Source: an uncultured delta proteobacterium
GTDB taxonomy: Bacteria > Myxococcota_A > Polyangia > Fen-1088
Assembly: GCA_963767925.1 (NCBI GenBank)
Contig: CAVYGB010000010.1
Span: 1,472,001 to 1,536,000 of the forward strand
DNA length: 64,000 nucleotides
Direction: 5' to 3'
Below the pieces are notes generated by a model, which ran no database searches, was not told where the DNA came from, and saw nothing but the letters and a program-made list of their open reading frames with translations. The position numbers and the translations under genes were made by a program. The stretch's first letter is position 1; every line of letters starts with the position of its first letter. Of the stretch, positions 1-11,185 are shown one piece after another.

Positions 1-210
1 GCCGCCCGCGCCTGCGGCGCCAGCGGAGCCCGCAGCGCCACCGGAGCCCGAGGCGCCGCCGGGGGCGATCGGGGGTCGTCCACCCGCGCCGCCCGTGCCT
101 TCCACCGGCGGCGGGGACGGGGGCGCGCCCCCCTCGGAGCCGCAGCCGAGCGCCGCTCCTGCCAGGATCACGGCACAGAGGAGAAACGATGCGGATCGTC
201 GGTCGTGCAT
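1..210 (-). CDS. Lipoprotein, N-terminal part (runs off the window start)
   Basis: Read manually: MHDRRSASFLLCAVILAGAALGCGSEGGAPP..., lipobox ALGC then a Gly/Pro linker; GAGGT RBS upstream. Confidence 0.75.
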   Translation of the reverse strand, partial: MHDRRSASFLLCAVILAGAALGCGSEGGAPPSPPPVEGTGGAGGRPPIAPGGASGSGGAAGSAGAAGAGG

Positions 211-332
211 GGCGGCGTACCTCGAAGCCACCTCGGCCGGCGGGGAATCCGCCAGCGGGGGCCTTCTCATCACTTCGCGCCGCCCTCCCCTTTCATTGCA
301 TTTTCGACGGCAGGCCCGCCGCTGCCTGTTTG

Positions 333-456
333 CCCTCTCCCGCGGCCGTCTGCGGCCGTGGGGGGAGGGTGAGAGTGAGGGCGCCACGCCGGAGGCCCCT
401 CACCCGGCGCGCAGACGCGCCGACCTCTCCCCACGGCAGACCGCGGGGAGAGGTGA
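333..456. repeat. REP-like inverted doublet of CCCTCTCCC...GGGAGAGG hairpins
   Basis: CCCTCTCCC-GCGGCCG-TCTG-CGGCCGT-GGGGGAGGG...GTGAGGG followed by CCCTCACCC-GGCGCG-CAGA-CGCGCC..CCTCTCCCC-ACGG-CAGA-CCGC-GGGGAGAGG. Confidence 0.7.
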
Positions 457-466
457 TGGGGAGGGG

Positions 467-640
467 ATGGCGCTCCGGGGGGAAAGGCAGTGGGGATGGC
501 GCGGGGGGGGATGGCGCGGGGGGGGGGATGGCGCGGGGGGGGGATGGCGCGCGGGGGGGATGGCGCGGGGGGGATGGTGCGCGGGGGGGATGGTGCGCGG
601 GGGGGATGGCGCGGGGGGGGATGGCGCGGGGGGATGGCGA
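467..640. repeat. G-run tandem repeat ATGG(C/T)GC(GC)G6-10, about 10-11 units
   Basis: Directly visible; units of about 13-17 bp with variable poly-G length. Confidence 0.9.
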
Positions 641-661
641 CCGCACGGCCCGGCTGGGCGG

Positions 662-2143
662 TCACAGGAGGTGGCGGGCCTTCAGCTCGAGGTAGCTGCT
701 GATCACGGTGGGGGTGGCGAGCTCGGGGGGGACGTCGAGGACGAGGACGCCGCGGTCGCGCATGGCGCGCAGGGCCCGGTCGCGCTCCTGGCGCAGCTCG
801 GCGGCGGCGGCCACGCGGTAGACGTCGTCGGCGACCGCCAGGGGCTCGGCGGCGACGTCGGCCACCGCCGGGTCGTCGATGGCCACGCAGACCGGGAGGT
901 GGCTGCGCACGCTGCGCCCCAGGTGGGCGATGAGCGCCTCCGAGGCGCCCGCCGACAGTACGTCGGTCAGCAGCACCACCAGGCCCCGGCGCCGGTGGCG
1001 GGCGGCGAGCCAGTCGAAGGCCCGGGCGTAGTCGGACTCGACCGGCGCCGGCGCCACGTCGTAGAGCAGGCGAGCGATGCGGGGGATGACCGCCCGGGAG
1101 GCGCGGCCGGGGGCCAGGTGGCGCCGGGTCTCCCGATCGAAGACCATCACCCCCACCCGGTCGCCGCGCACGGTGGCGACGTGGGCCAGCACCAGGGCGG
1201 CGTTTATCGCGAAGTCCAGGCGGGTGGCCCCCCGCATCGCGACCGCCCCCAGGCGGCCGGCGTCGATCATGAGATAGACGGTCTGGGCCTGCTCGTCGCG
1301 CAGCTCGCGGGCGATGGGGCGGTCGCGGCGGGCGGTGGCCTTCCAGTCGATGCGGCGGTATTCGTCGTCGGGGGTGTAGTCGCGCAGCCCCTCGATCTCG
1401 GTGCCGGTGCCGCGCCGGCGCACGCTGCGGATGCCGATCTGCCCGACCAGGTGGCGGCGGGCGGCCAGCTCGTAGCGGGCGATGCCCTGGATGTTGGGGT
1501 AGACGTGCACCTCGGAGGCGGGCAGCCGCGCCCCGCGCTGGCGGGACAGCAGGCCCCAGGGGCCGTGGCTGCGCAGCGCCGCCGCCGCCACCGCCAGGGC
1601 GCCTCGCCGGTGGGGCGTCACCCGGTAGTGGGCCTCCGCCTCGCCGCCCGCCGGCACCGACAGGCGCAGGCGCACGCGCGCCGGCGTGACCGAGGGGGGC
1701 CACACCTCCTCCAGCTCCACGCTGGCCGCCCGCTCCGACCGGTTGCGTACCCGCAGCCGCACGGTGTGGGTCGCCCCGTGCGACATCACCCGATCGTGCG
1801 CACGCGTCAGCTCCAGCGCCTCGAAGCGGCAGGCGCGCCCGGCGTCGCGCGCCGCCGCCAGCAGCACCAGGGCCAGCAGCGCCAGCCCCGCCGGCAGCAG
1901 CGCCGGGGCGAGCGCGGTGGCGGCGACCGCGCCCGCGGCGCTGGCCAGGGCCAGCGCCAGCCGCCGGGACGGGACCAGCTCGCGCGCCGCCCCCCCGAAC
2001 CGCGCCAGCACGCCCGCACCGGCGGGCGGCAGGACCAGCGCCGCCGTCTCCGCGCCGACCGAGAGTGCAGCGGCCAGCGGCCCGCCGCCGTCCGCGGGCC
2101 GCTCGACGGCCGGCTCGGGCGCGCCGTCCACCGCCGCCGTCAT
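662..2143 (-). CDS. DUF58 domain protein (MoxR-associated, vWA-like)
   Basis: [45 protein letters not shown] overlaps the MoxR stop (ATGA). Confidence 0.9.
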   Translation of the reverse strand: MTAAVDGAPEPAVERPADGGGPLAAALSVGAETAALVLPPAGAGVLARFGGAARELVPSRRLALALASAAGAVAATALAPALLPAGLALLALVLLAAARDAGRACRFEALELTRAHDRVMSHGATHTVRLRVRNRSERAASVELEEVWPPSVTPARVRLRLSVPAGGEAEAHYRVTPHRRGALAVAAAALRSHGPWGLLSRQRGARLPASEVHVYPNIQGIARYELAARRHLVGQIGIRSVRRRGTGTEIEGLRDYTPDDEYRRIDWKATARRDRPIARELRDEQAQTVYLMIDAGRLGAVAMRGATRLDFAINAALVLAHVATVRGDRVGVMVFDRETRRHLAPGRASRAVIPRIARLLYDVAPAPVESDYARAFDWLAARHRRRGLVVLLTDVLSAGASEALIAHLGRSVRSHLPVCVAIDDPAVADVAAEPLAVADDVYRVAAAAELRQERDRALRAMRDRGVLVLDVPPELATPTVISSYLELKARHLL

Positions 2144-3087
2144 CGCGGGACCGGGACCGCCTCGACGATCTCGCGCACCGCCGCCCGGGCGGTGAGCCCC
2201 TCTATCTCGGACTCGGGGCGCAGGGTGATCCGGTGGGCCAGGGTGGCCAGCGCCATCCGCTTGACGTCGTCGGGCACCACGAAGTCGCGGCCGCCGAGGG
2301 CCGCCGCCGCCCGCGCCGCCAGGAACAGGGCCACCGCCCCGCGCGGGCTGGCCCCCACCAGGCAAGGTGGGGCGCTGCGCGTGCGGCGCACGACCTCGGT
2401 GGCGTAGGCCAGGATGGCGTCGTCGGCCCGCACCGCTTCGACCTCCGCCCGGCAGGCAGCCAGCTCGGCCCGGTCGACAACCGGCCGGACGGCCGCGGCG
2501 TCGGGGCGCTGGCCGTCGCGGAAGCGGGCCAGGATGGCCTGCTCCTCGATCGCCGTCGGGTAACCGACCTCGACCTTCAGGAGAAACCGGTCCAGCTCCG
2601 CCTCGGGCAGCGGGTAGGTGCCCTCGTATTCGATCGGGTTCTGGGTGGCGAACACGGTGAAGGCGGCCGGCAGGGGGACGCTCTCGCCGTCGATGGTGGC
2701 CTGCCGCTCCTGCATGGCCTCCAGCAGCGCCGCCTGGGTCTTGGCCGGCGCCCGGTTGATCTCGTCGGCCAGCAGGAAGTCGGTGAACAGCGGCCCCTTG
2801 CGCAGCACGAAGGTGCGCGGGCCCGGGTCGAACACGTGGGTGCCGATGATGTCCGACGGCATCAGGTCGGCCGTGAGCTGCACCCGCCGGAAGGTCAGGT
2901 CGAGCAGCCCGGCCAGCGCCCGCACCAGCAGGGTCTTGGCCACGCCCGGGGGGCCCTCGAGCAACACATGCCCTCCGGCCAGCACGCCCACCAGCATCTC
3001 GGTGAAGCTGTCCCGCTGCCCGACGACGACCCGGTCCATCTCCGCGAACAGGCGGGCGGCGAGATCCTGCGTCCGTTTCACGCCCAT
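2140..3087 (-). CDS. moxR: MoxR-family AAA+ ATPase
   Basis: [68 protein letters not shown]; the start may be GTG at 3081. Confidence 0.95.
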   Translation of the reverse strand: MGVKRTQDLAARLFAEMDRVVVGQRDSFTEMLVGVLAGGHVLLEGPPGVAKTLLVRALAGLLDLTFRRVQLTADLMPSDIIGTHVFDPGPRTFVLRKGPLFTDFLLADEINRAPAKTQAALLEAMQERQATIDGESVPLPAAFTVFATQNPIEYEGTYPLPEAELDRFLLKVEVGYPTAIEEQAILARFRDGQRPDAAAVRPVVDRAELAACRAEVEAVRADDAILAYATEVVRRTRSAPPCLVGASPRGAVALFLAARAAAALGGRDFVVPDDVKRMALATLAHRITLRPESEIEGLTARAAVREIVEAVPVPR

Positions 3088-4181
3088 GGGCTCGTGCTCC
3101 TGCCAGGTGCGCCTGGCTCCGTCCCGCTCGCGGTTGCCCCCGCCGGCCGCTGCGGGATGCGCAGCCCGCCCACCAGCGCGCGGGCCGCCACGACGAAGGC
3201 CGCGTCCCGACCGGGCGCCGGCGGCGCCGGCTTGCCCACCCAGGCCGCCAGATCGAACAGCGCGCTCTGCCGGTCCTTGCGGGCGGCGTAAAAAGCGGCC
3301 AGCGCCTCGATCTGCTCGATCGAGGCCCGTCGCGGGGCCGCCGGCTCCGGCGAGGGCGGGCCCAGCCGCCGCCCGACCGCCAGCGCGTAGATCAGCAGCG
3401 CCAGCAAGGCGGTGATCCCGGCCAGGCGCAGCGGCCCGGCCGCCAGCGACAGCACCGACACGGCGTCGCCGTAGCCATGCACGAACTCCTCGAACAGGAT
3501 CGGCCCCCCGCCGGCGTGGCGGGCGGCCAGCGCCGCCAGGAAGAGGGCGTTGTCCGCCGCCTTCAACCCGCGGTTGGAAAAGGCGCTGGCGTCGACGATG
3601 TAGATGCGCCCCTTGCCCCGCTGGACCTGCAGCGCCCAGGTGGCCTTCTCGTGGCGGGCCAGCTCGGCCACCGCGCGGCCGCGCCGTCCGGCGGTGCGAA
3701 CGGAGGCCCGCAGGGCCAGCTTGCCGGCCGGCGCCCAGTCGCCCACCAGCGCGACCTCGGTCTCGCGGTGCGCCGCCAGCTCGAGCTCCGGCAGCTCCAG
3801 CCCCTGGCGCAGCAGCTCGGCGTCCGGCTCGAAGGTGGCGGGGCCGTAGACCAGCGTGCCCCCGCCCTCGATCCACTCGCCCACCCCGTGCAGGTCCACC
3901 CCGCCCAGGCGCGACCGGGGCGCCAGCAGGAAGGCCAGCCGCGCCTTGCGCAGATCCCCCATCGGCTCGGCCCGCCGCTCGGTGCGATGGCCCAGCCGGC
4001 CCAGCAGCAGGTAGGCCGCCTTGGCCCCGTCGGGCGCGGTGGCATACGACGAGCCGGCCCGCCCGGTCCCGCCCCCGCCCGCCGGCGCCGCGGTCAGCAG
4101 CGTGCCGAGCAGCAAGGCGGCGCCAGCCGCCACCAGCACGAGCGCGCTCTTCCAGCGCCCGGCCGCCGAGGGCTCAGACAC
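3078..4181 (-). CDS. DUF4350 domain membrane protein
   Basis: N-terminal [47 protein letters not shown]-terminal TM-RRLG; typical position in the cluster. Confidence 0.8.
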   Translation of the reverse strand: MSEPSAAGRWKSALVLVAAGAALLLGTLLTAAPAGGGGTGRAGSSYATAPDGAKAAYLLLGRLGHRTERRAEPMGDLRKARLAFLLAPRSRLGGVDLHGVGEWIEGGGTLVYGPATFEPDAELLRQGLELPELELAAHRETEVALVGDWAPAGKLALRASVRTAGRRGRAVAELARHEKATWALQVQRGKGRIYIVDASAFSNRGLKAADNALFLAALAARHAGGGPILFEEFVHGYGDAVSVLSLAAGPLRLAGITALLALLIYALAVGRRLGPPSPEPAAPRRASIEQIEALAAFYAARKDRQSALFDLAAWVGKPAPPAPGRDAAFVVAARALVGGLRIPQRPAGATASGTEPGAPGRSTSPWA

Positions 4182-4785
4182 GCAGCCCCCGCTCGAGCGC
4201 CCCGAGCAGCGCCAGGCAGCGGTCGGCCTGCCCCCGCTCGAGGGCGGCGTGCCCGAAGCGGGCGCGCTGGAACTCGAGGGCCAGATCGGCGAGCGGCCCG
4301 GCCAGCTCCGGGCGCTGGCGGCGAGCGGCCGCGACGTGCTCCCAGTCGGCGCAGGCGGCGCGCGCCAGCGAGACGCCGGCCTGGTCCAGCAGGGCCAGCG
4401 CCGCCAGCCAGGAGAACCGGGCCACGTCGGCCAGGCGCCCCTGCCCCAGGGCCAGCAGGGCGTCGGCCCGCAACCCCGCGAAGCCGGCCACCGGCCCGGC
4501 GCCGGCCCGCGCCGCAGCGGCCACCCCCGGCGCCCCACCCGCGCGCCGCCCCGGCAACAGCCAGGCGATCGCCACCGCGATGGCCGCCAGCGCCAGCAAC
4601 AGCCCGAGCGCGCGCAGCCCCAGCGGCAGCCAGGCGCCGATCCCCTCGAGCCGCTCCCCGAACCACTCCATGAGGCGGGTGCGCCAGTCGACCTGCGGGT
4701 TGAACTCGTCGGCGGCCAGGATGCCGTCCCGCTCGGCCAGCACGCGGGCCGCGTCCACCGGGAGAGCGGCGGCCACGGCGGCCAT
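4174..4785 (-). CDS. DUF4129-like membrane protein
   Basis: TM helix then A..G....A.R...A.L..L and F...RFG; typical position; possible TTG start at 4794. Confidence 0.65.
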   Translation of the reverse strand: MAAVAAALPVDAARVLAERDGILAADEFNPQVDWRTRLMEWFGERLEGIGAWLPLGLRALGLLLALAAIAVAIAWLLPGRRAGGAPGVAAAARAGAGPVAGFAGLRADALLALGQGRLADVARFSWLAALALLDQAGVSLARAACADWEHVAAARRQRPELAGPLADLALEFQRARFGHAALERGQADRCLALLGALERGLRV

Positions 4786-4790
4786 CGCGC

Positions 4791-5537
4791 TCAAACGGCG
4801 GGCGCCCCGGCGCCGGCCAGCCGCTGCGCCGCGAGCATGAGGTCGTGGCCTTCCTTCTCCTCGCGCATGTTGAAATAGACCAGGCCCAGCGACAGGCCGT
4901 AACAGGGCGCGACGAGGATGGCGGCGAGCTGGTTGGCCACCGCCTTGCTGATCTCCGATTTGCCGATGCCCAGAAGCTCCATGGCCCCGCCCACCACGTA
5001 AGAGAGGACCGCGGCCAGCAGCCCCCACACGAACACCAGGGCAAAGATCCGCCCGCGCCGCTCTTTGATCAGCGCCCAGGAGCGGTTCAGCGCGCGCACG
5101 ATTCCCCGCCCCTCGGCCATCACCACCATGAAGGCGAGAGAGAAGCCCAGGAAAATGTAGACGCCCGGCACGAGCAGCAACAGGAGCCCCAGGCCGGTGG
5201 CCAGGAACATCAGGAACCCGCAGCCCAGCAAGGTGGGGAGCTGGGCGAAGGCCGCGGCGAACGCCGCGCGGAACCCGATGCGCTGCCCCTGGTACAGCCC
5301 CACCAGCACCCGGGCGAAGGCCGCGTACTCCACCGTCGTGACGATGCCGGTCAGCAGGAAGATCGCGATCAGGCTCGCCCAGAAGCCGCCGCGCGAGGCC
5401 GTCGGCTCGGGCGACAGCTCGAAGGCGATCATCAGCGGCATCTGCACCACCCCGGTCGCGGCGGCGATCGCGAGCAGGCGGGCGAAGTTGTCCCGGTAGA
5501 CCCGGAGCGTCTTGTCGAGCGTGGCTGCGAAGGTCAT
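4791..5537 (-). CDS. Integral membrane protein (GDPD membrane-domain-like)
   Basis: About 6 TM helices; VPGVYIFLGFSLA, ALNRSWAL, YFNMREEKEGHDL. Confidence 0.75.
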   Translation of the reverse strand: MTFAATLDKTLRVYRDNFARLLAIAAATGVVQMPLMIAFELSPEPTASRGGFWASLIAIFLLTGIVTTVEYAAFARVLVGLYQGQRIGFRAAFAAAFAQLPTLLGCGFLMFLATGLGLLLLLVPGVYIFLGFSLAFMVVMAEGRGIVRALNRSWALIKERRGRIFALVFVWGLLAAVLSYVVGGAMELLGIGKSEISKAVANQLAAILVAPCYGLSLGLVYFNMREEKEGHDLMLAAQRLAGAGAPAV

Positions 5538-5585
5538 GCGTCGCCGCCTCCCCGGCGGCGGAGCCTGTACACTAGTGCGGTTCTC

Positions 5586-6428
5586 TTGGACTCCGCAAGC
5601 AAGCTCACCGTCGAGACACCGGAGCAGATTGGCCTCGAATTCGAGCTGGCCGGTCTCGGATCGCGCCTGCTGGCCGCGCTGATCGATTTCCTGTGCATGC
5701 TTGCGTTCCTGATAGCCGCGCTGGCCATCGCCTTCGGCGCCATCGAGAGCGGTCAGGAGAGCTGGAAGCAGGTGGCGGAGAACGCCAGCCAGCAGGCGCC
5801 CTGGACCCAGGGGCTGGGCGTCGCCGCCACCATCCTGGTCTTCCTGTCGATCTTCCTCGTGCAGTGGGGCTACTACATCATCTGCGAGATGGTCACGGGC
5901 GGCGCGTCCCCGGGCAAACGCGCGCTGGGGTTGCGGGTGATCCGGGACAACGGCCTGCCGATCGGCTTCGTCGCGTCGCTGCTGCGCAACCTGGTTCGCT
6001 TCGTCGACTTCCTCCCCTGGGGCTACGGAGTCGGCCTGGTGGCGGTGTTCGCCTCGGCCCGCGGGCAGCGGCTGGGGGACCTGGCGGCCGGCACGCTGGT
6101 GGTGAAGGTCGCTGCGCCGGCGGGGACGCTGGCCCTGGCGCCGCCCGACCCGCTGCCCGTCACCCTGCCCGCCCCGCGCCCGGTGCGACCGCCCGCCCTG
6201 CCTGCGCCCGCCTGGACTCCCGCCGGCGCCCCGGGCCTGACCCCCGACGAGCGCGACCTCGTGCTGCGGTTCCTCGCCCGCAGCGGCTCGCTCCTGCCCG
6301 AGGCCCGGCTCGCGCTGGCCCGCCAGATCGCCGCCCCCCTGGGCGCGCGGCTCGGCCGCAGCGGCGGCACCCTCGACGACGAGGCCTGGCTGGCGGCCCT
6401 CCTGCGCGACGGCGGTCCCCCGCCGTGA
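5586..6428 (+). CDS. RDD family protein
   Basis: ETPEQIGLEFELAGLGSRLLAALID, GASPGKRALGLRV, LLRNLVRFVD, QRLGDLAAGTLVV; TTG start inferred. Confidence 0.9.
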   Translation: MDSASKLTVETPEQIGLEFELAGLGSRLLAALIDFLCMLAFLIAALAIAFGAIESGQESWKQVAENASQQAPWTQGLGVAATILVFLSIFLVQWGYYIICEMVTGGASPGKRALGLRVIRDNGLPIGFVASLLRNLVRFVDFLPWGYGVGLVAVFASARGQRLGDLAAGTLVVKVAAPAGTLALAPPDPLPVTLPAPRPVRPPALPAPAWTPAGAPGLTPDERDLVLRFLARSGSLLPEARLALARQIAAPLGARLGRSGGTLDDEAWLAALLRDGGPPP

Positions 6429-7438
6429 CCAGCGAGGCCTTCGCCGCCCGGCGCGCCGCCGCCTGGCAACAGCTCGCGACCCTCACCGATCGGGCCGCGG
6501 GCCTCGGCCCGGCCGAGGCCCGCGAGCTGGCCGCGCTCTACCGGGCCAGCCTGGCCGACCTGGGGCTGCTGCGGACCCTGTCCGCGCGCGAGCGCGCGGC
6601 GAGCGGCTCCACCGTTACTGCCGTCGAGCCCCGCCTGCTGAGCTGGCTCAACGCCGTGGTGGCCCGGGCCCACGCCGTCGTCTACGTCAACCGGCGCGCC
6701 TCGCGCGTCGACCTGCTGGGGTTCTTCGCCCGCGAGCTGCCGGCCAGCATCCGGCGCGCCTCGCTCCGGCTGGCGCTGGCCGCCTTGCTCCTGTTCGGCA
6801 GCGGCGCCGCCGCCTACCTGATGGCCAGCGACGACGTGGCCCTGGCCCGCCTGCTGGCCGGCCCCCAGATGGCCCGCAACGCCGAGGGGTTCGCCCAGGT
6901 GGGCGAGGGCCGCTCCGAGGCGACCGACGCCGTGATGGCGGCGTTTTACGTCACCAACAACGTCCGCGTCGCCTTCGTCGCCTTCGCCCTCGGCATCACC
7001 TTCGGCCTCGGCACCCTGTGGGTGCTGGCCCAGAACGGCTTCGTCCTCGGCGTCACCCTGGCCCTGGTCGGCCACTACGGTTCGCTGGGCGGCTTCGTCG
7101 CCTTCGTCTCCTCCCACGCCCCGATCGAGCTGTTCGCGATCTTGCTGTCCTCGGCGGCCGGCCTCGGCATGGGGCACGCCCTGGTGGCCCCCGGCCCCCA
7201 CACCCGGGCCGTCGCCCTCAAGCTGGCCGCGCGCGAGGCCGCCGTGCTGGTGATGGGCGCCGCCTGCTTGCTGGTGCTTGCCGCCTTCCTCGAGGCGTTC
7301 CTCTCGCCCTCCGCCCTGCCCCCGGCGGCCAAACACGCCGTCGGCCTCGCAACGGTGCTCGCCCTGGTGCTGTACGTGCGCCGGGCGCCCCGCCCTCAGG
7401 GCGCGGTGCCGGCCGGGGGGGCCTCGCCCTCCGGCTGA
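6425..7438 (+). CDS. SpoIIM/DUF95 family membrane protein
   Basis: ALYRASLADL, LNAVVARAH, TNNVRVAF, NGFVLG, HAPIEL, LEAFLSP; GTGA overlap with RDD. Confidence 0.9.
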   Translation: MTSEAFAARRAAAWQQLATLTDRAAGLGPAEARELAALYRASLADLGLLRTLSARERAASGSTVTAVEPRLLSWLNAVVARAHAVVYVNRRASRVDLLGFFARELPASIRRASLRLALAALLLFGSGAAAYLMASDDVALARLLAGPQMARNAEGFAQVGEGRSEATDAVMAAFYVTNNVRVAFVAFALGITFGLGTLWVLAQNGFVLGVTLALVGHYGSLGGFVAFVSSHAPIELFAILLSSAAGLGMGHALVAPGPHTRAVALKLAAREAAVLVMGAACLLVLAAFLEAFLSPSALPPAAKHAVGLATVLALVLYVRRAPRPQGAVPAGGASPSG

Positions 7439-8685
7439 TCTGGACGGATCGGATCGGTGGGGGCGTTCGCCCGCCGGGCCAGCAGCAGAAAGGGAATCGC
7501 CGCCACCTGGATCCCCGCCGCCACCAGGTACGACGCCGCGTACCCCTGCACGTCCGCCACCCGCCCGAGCACCGGCTGGATCGCCACCCCGCCCGCCGAC
7601 CCCATGAGGTTGTCGAAGGAGAGCACCGTCGCCCGCTGCGAGGAGGGGATGAGCCCGTTGAGGTAGGCCTGGCGCATCGGGTGGCCGACCGCCTCGGCCA
7701 GCTCGGCCAGCACGAGCAGGCCGATCACCAGCCAGAAGCTGCCGGTCATCCCGATCAGGGCCAGGGCGGCGATCCCGATGGCCACCGTCACGATCAAGGC
7801 CTCGGTCCGGCGGCGGAACAGGTGGCGCATCCGCGGCCCGATCAGCCCGCCCACTACCTGGCTGCCCGCCACGATGGCCGCCCCCAGCCCGGCCACCCCG
7901 AAGGCGCGCGCGTCGCCGTAGAGCTGCAGCAGGTAGGGCTGGAGCGCGTAGAAAGCGTAGATCCCCACCCCCATGGTGAAGGACTGCGACAGCATCAGCC
8001 AGCGCACGGGGCGGTTGCGCAGGCCGCTGTCGATAGAGGCCCGCAGGACGCCGCGCACGTGTTGCCCGAGGCGCTTGCTCCGGTCGGGCTGGAAGCCGAG
8101 GTCCTTCATGGCGACGAAGGCCACCCCCAGGGTCAGCGCCAGGAACAGCGAGCGCAGCAGGTAGGGCACTCCCAGGTTGCTGAGCTGGGCGACGAAGCCG
8201 CCCGCCACCGATCCCACCAGCATGGCCGCCCCGGTCACCGTCTGCCCCCGGGCCATCACCTTCTCGAGGTGCGGCCCGCTGCCGGTGGCGTCGAGGGCGT
8301 CGACCAGCCAGGCCTCGGTGGCGCCCGAGAAGAAGGTGAAGCCGAGCCCCATGAGGATCGAGGCCCCCGCCCAGCCGACCATGGGCGCGCGCAGCTTCCA
8401 CATCGCCAGGTACAGCAAGGTCGAGAAGAACAGGGTGAGGGCGCCCAGCAGAAAGGAGGTGCGCCGGCCCCAGCTATCGGCCACCACCCCGGTCGGCACC
8501 TCGAAGATCACCTGCCCGGCCGTGAAGAAGGCGTTGGCGGCGAAGGCCTCGGCGTTGCTGAGCCCGGCGTCGAGCAGAAAGAGGGTGTTGATCCCCCAGA
8601 TGAAGGAGGTCGCCAGGGTCGACAGCAACGTGAGGGTCAGGTACGTGCGCTGGACCGGCGCGCCCTGCTCGTTCAACGTCGCCAT
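7396..8685 (-). CDS. MFS transporter
   Basis: FEVPTGVVADSWGRRTS motif A, SGATEAW, about 12 TM helices. Confidence 0.92.
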   Translation of the reverse strand: MATLNEQGAPVQRTYLTLTLLSTLATSFIWGINTLFLLDAGLSNAEAFAANAFFTAGQVIFEVPTGVVADSWGRRTSFLLGALTLFFSTLLYLAMWKLRAPMVGWAGASILMGLGFTFFSGATEAWLVDALDATGSGPHLEKVMARGQTVTGAAMLVGSVAGGFVAQLSNLGVPYLLRSLFLALTLGVAFVAMKDLGFQPDRSKRLGQHVRGVLRASIDSGLRNRPVRWLMLSQSFTMGVGIYAFYALQPYLLQLYGDARAFGVAGLGAAIVAGSQVVGGLIGPRMRHLFRRRTEALIVTVAIGIAALALIGMTGSFWLVIGLLVLAELAEAVGHPMRQAYLNGLIPSSQRATVLSFDNLMGSAGGVAIQPVLGRVADVQGYAASYLVAAGIQVAAIPFLLLARRANAPTDPIRPDQPEGEAPPAGTAP

Positions 8686-8806
8686 GGCCTGCCACCCTAC
8701 CCCGTCCCCGCCGGCCGCGCCGGCGGGACTGCCACCGATAAAATCGGACCGACGCCGGGCCCCGCCCGACGGCGAAATGGTCCAGGATGGGCGGGCGAGG
8801 ATCCCC

Positions 8807-9547
8807 ATGCACCGTCCGGACTCGTTCCAGCGCTGGGCCGCGGTCGCCGCCATCTTGTCGGCGCCGCTGGCGATCGGCAGCCTGCTCGCCACCTTGCCGG
8901 CGATCGACTACGACTTCAGCACGCTGTCCGATCCGCTGCGCATCTTGCGGCGGGGGGCGGCGGCGGCCGGGTGGCTGCGGGCCAGCATGGCGCTCGACCT
9001 GTTCGGGTACTACCTGCTGATCGCGCCGCTCGTGCTGGTGCTGCAGGCCTGGCTGCAGCGGCGGGGGCCCACCTGGGCCCGCCTGTTCGCCGGCTGCCTG
9101 CTGGCCTACCTGGTGCTCGGCGCGGCCGGGGCGGCGGTGCTGGGGGCCGCCACCCCCCGGCTGCTGCTGGCCCACGCCGCCAGCAGCGGCGACCAGCGCC
9201 TGGCTGTCGAGGCGGTGTACAGCACCCTGTTCGATGCCGTGTACGGCGGCGTCTGGAACGTGCTCGAGGTGCTGCTGGCCGGGGTGGGCTGGCTGGGCTT
9301 CGGCTGGCTGCTGCGGCCCGAGCGGCCGGTCCTCGGCGTCGTCACCATGGTGCTGGGGGTGGCCTGCCTGCTCGACGCCGCCGGCCACCTCATCGGCTCG
9401 CGCACGCTCGCCGATCCCGGCCTCTACATCTACCTGCTGCTGGCCCCGGCCTGGGCGCTGGCCCTCGGCGTCTCGATCGCGCGCCGGCCGGTGCCCCAAG
9501 CTGGCGACGGCAACGGCAAACACCCCGGTCTGACCCGCCCCGCCTGA
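8807..9547 (+). CDS. DUF4386-like membrane protein
   Basis: About 6 hydrophobic helices; GAGGA RBS; family call is tentative. Confidence 0.6.
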   Translation: MHRPDSFQRWAAVAAILSAPLAIGSLLATLPAIDYDFSTLSDPLRILRRGAAAAGWLRASMALDLFGYYLLIAPLVLVLQAWLQRRGPTWARLFAGCLLAYLVLGAAGAAVLGAATPRLLLAHAASSGDQRLAVEAVYSTLFDAVYGGVWNVLEVLLAGVGWLGFGWLLRPERPVLGVVTMVLGVACLLDAAGHLIGSRTLADPGLYIYLLLAPAWALALGVSIARRPVPQAGDGNGKHPGLTRPA

Positions 9548-9548
9548 T

Positions 9549-10958
<1,410 letters not shown>

Positions 10959-11022
10959 GTTCGGAAACGGCTCCCCTCTGCGGCGGCCATGGACGGATGC
11001 GGGCCGATGTTACTCCGGATAC

Positions 11023-11038
11023 AGCACACGGCATGCCA
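11023..11038 (-). promoter_or_regulatory. Putative sigma54 -24/-12 promoter
   Basis: TGGCATGCCGTGTGCT (GG-N10-GC) on the minus strand, 65 bp upstream of the regulator ATG. Confidence 0.6.
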
Positions 11039-11185
11039 GCCGCCTCGTCGCGCCGGCCGGAGGCGGAGCGCCCGGCGGGACGCGGACAGGCGACCGCCGC
11101 CGGACACCTGTCCGCCCTCCCCGGACGCCGGCCAGCGCGCCGGCCACCCGGAAGATTCCCATGGCGGCAGCGACTCGAAAACGTT

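Noticed and set aside
467..640. Possible CRISPR array or coding Gly/Pro repeat (ORFs 490..702, 293..646)
   Set aside because: No spacers; variable G-run lengths break frame, so the ORFs are low-complexity artefacts.
95..2407. 770-aa plus-strand ORF
   Set aside because: Antisense shadow of the DUF58 and MoxR genes; no recognisable motifs.
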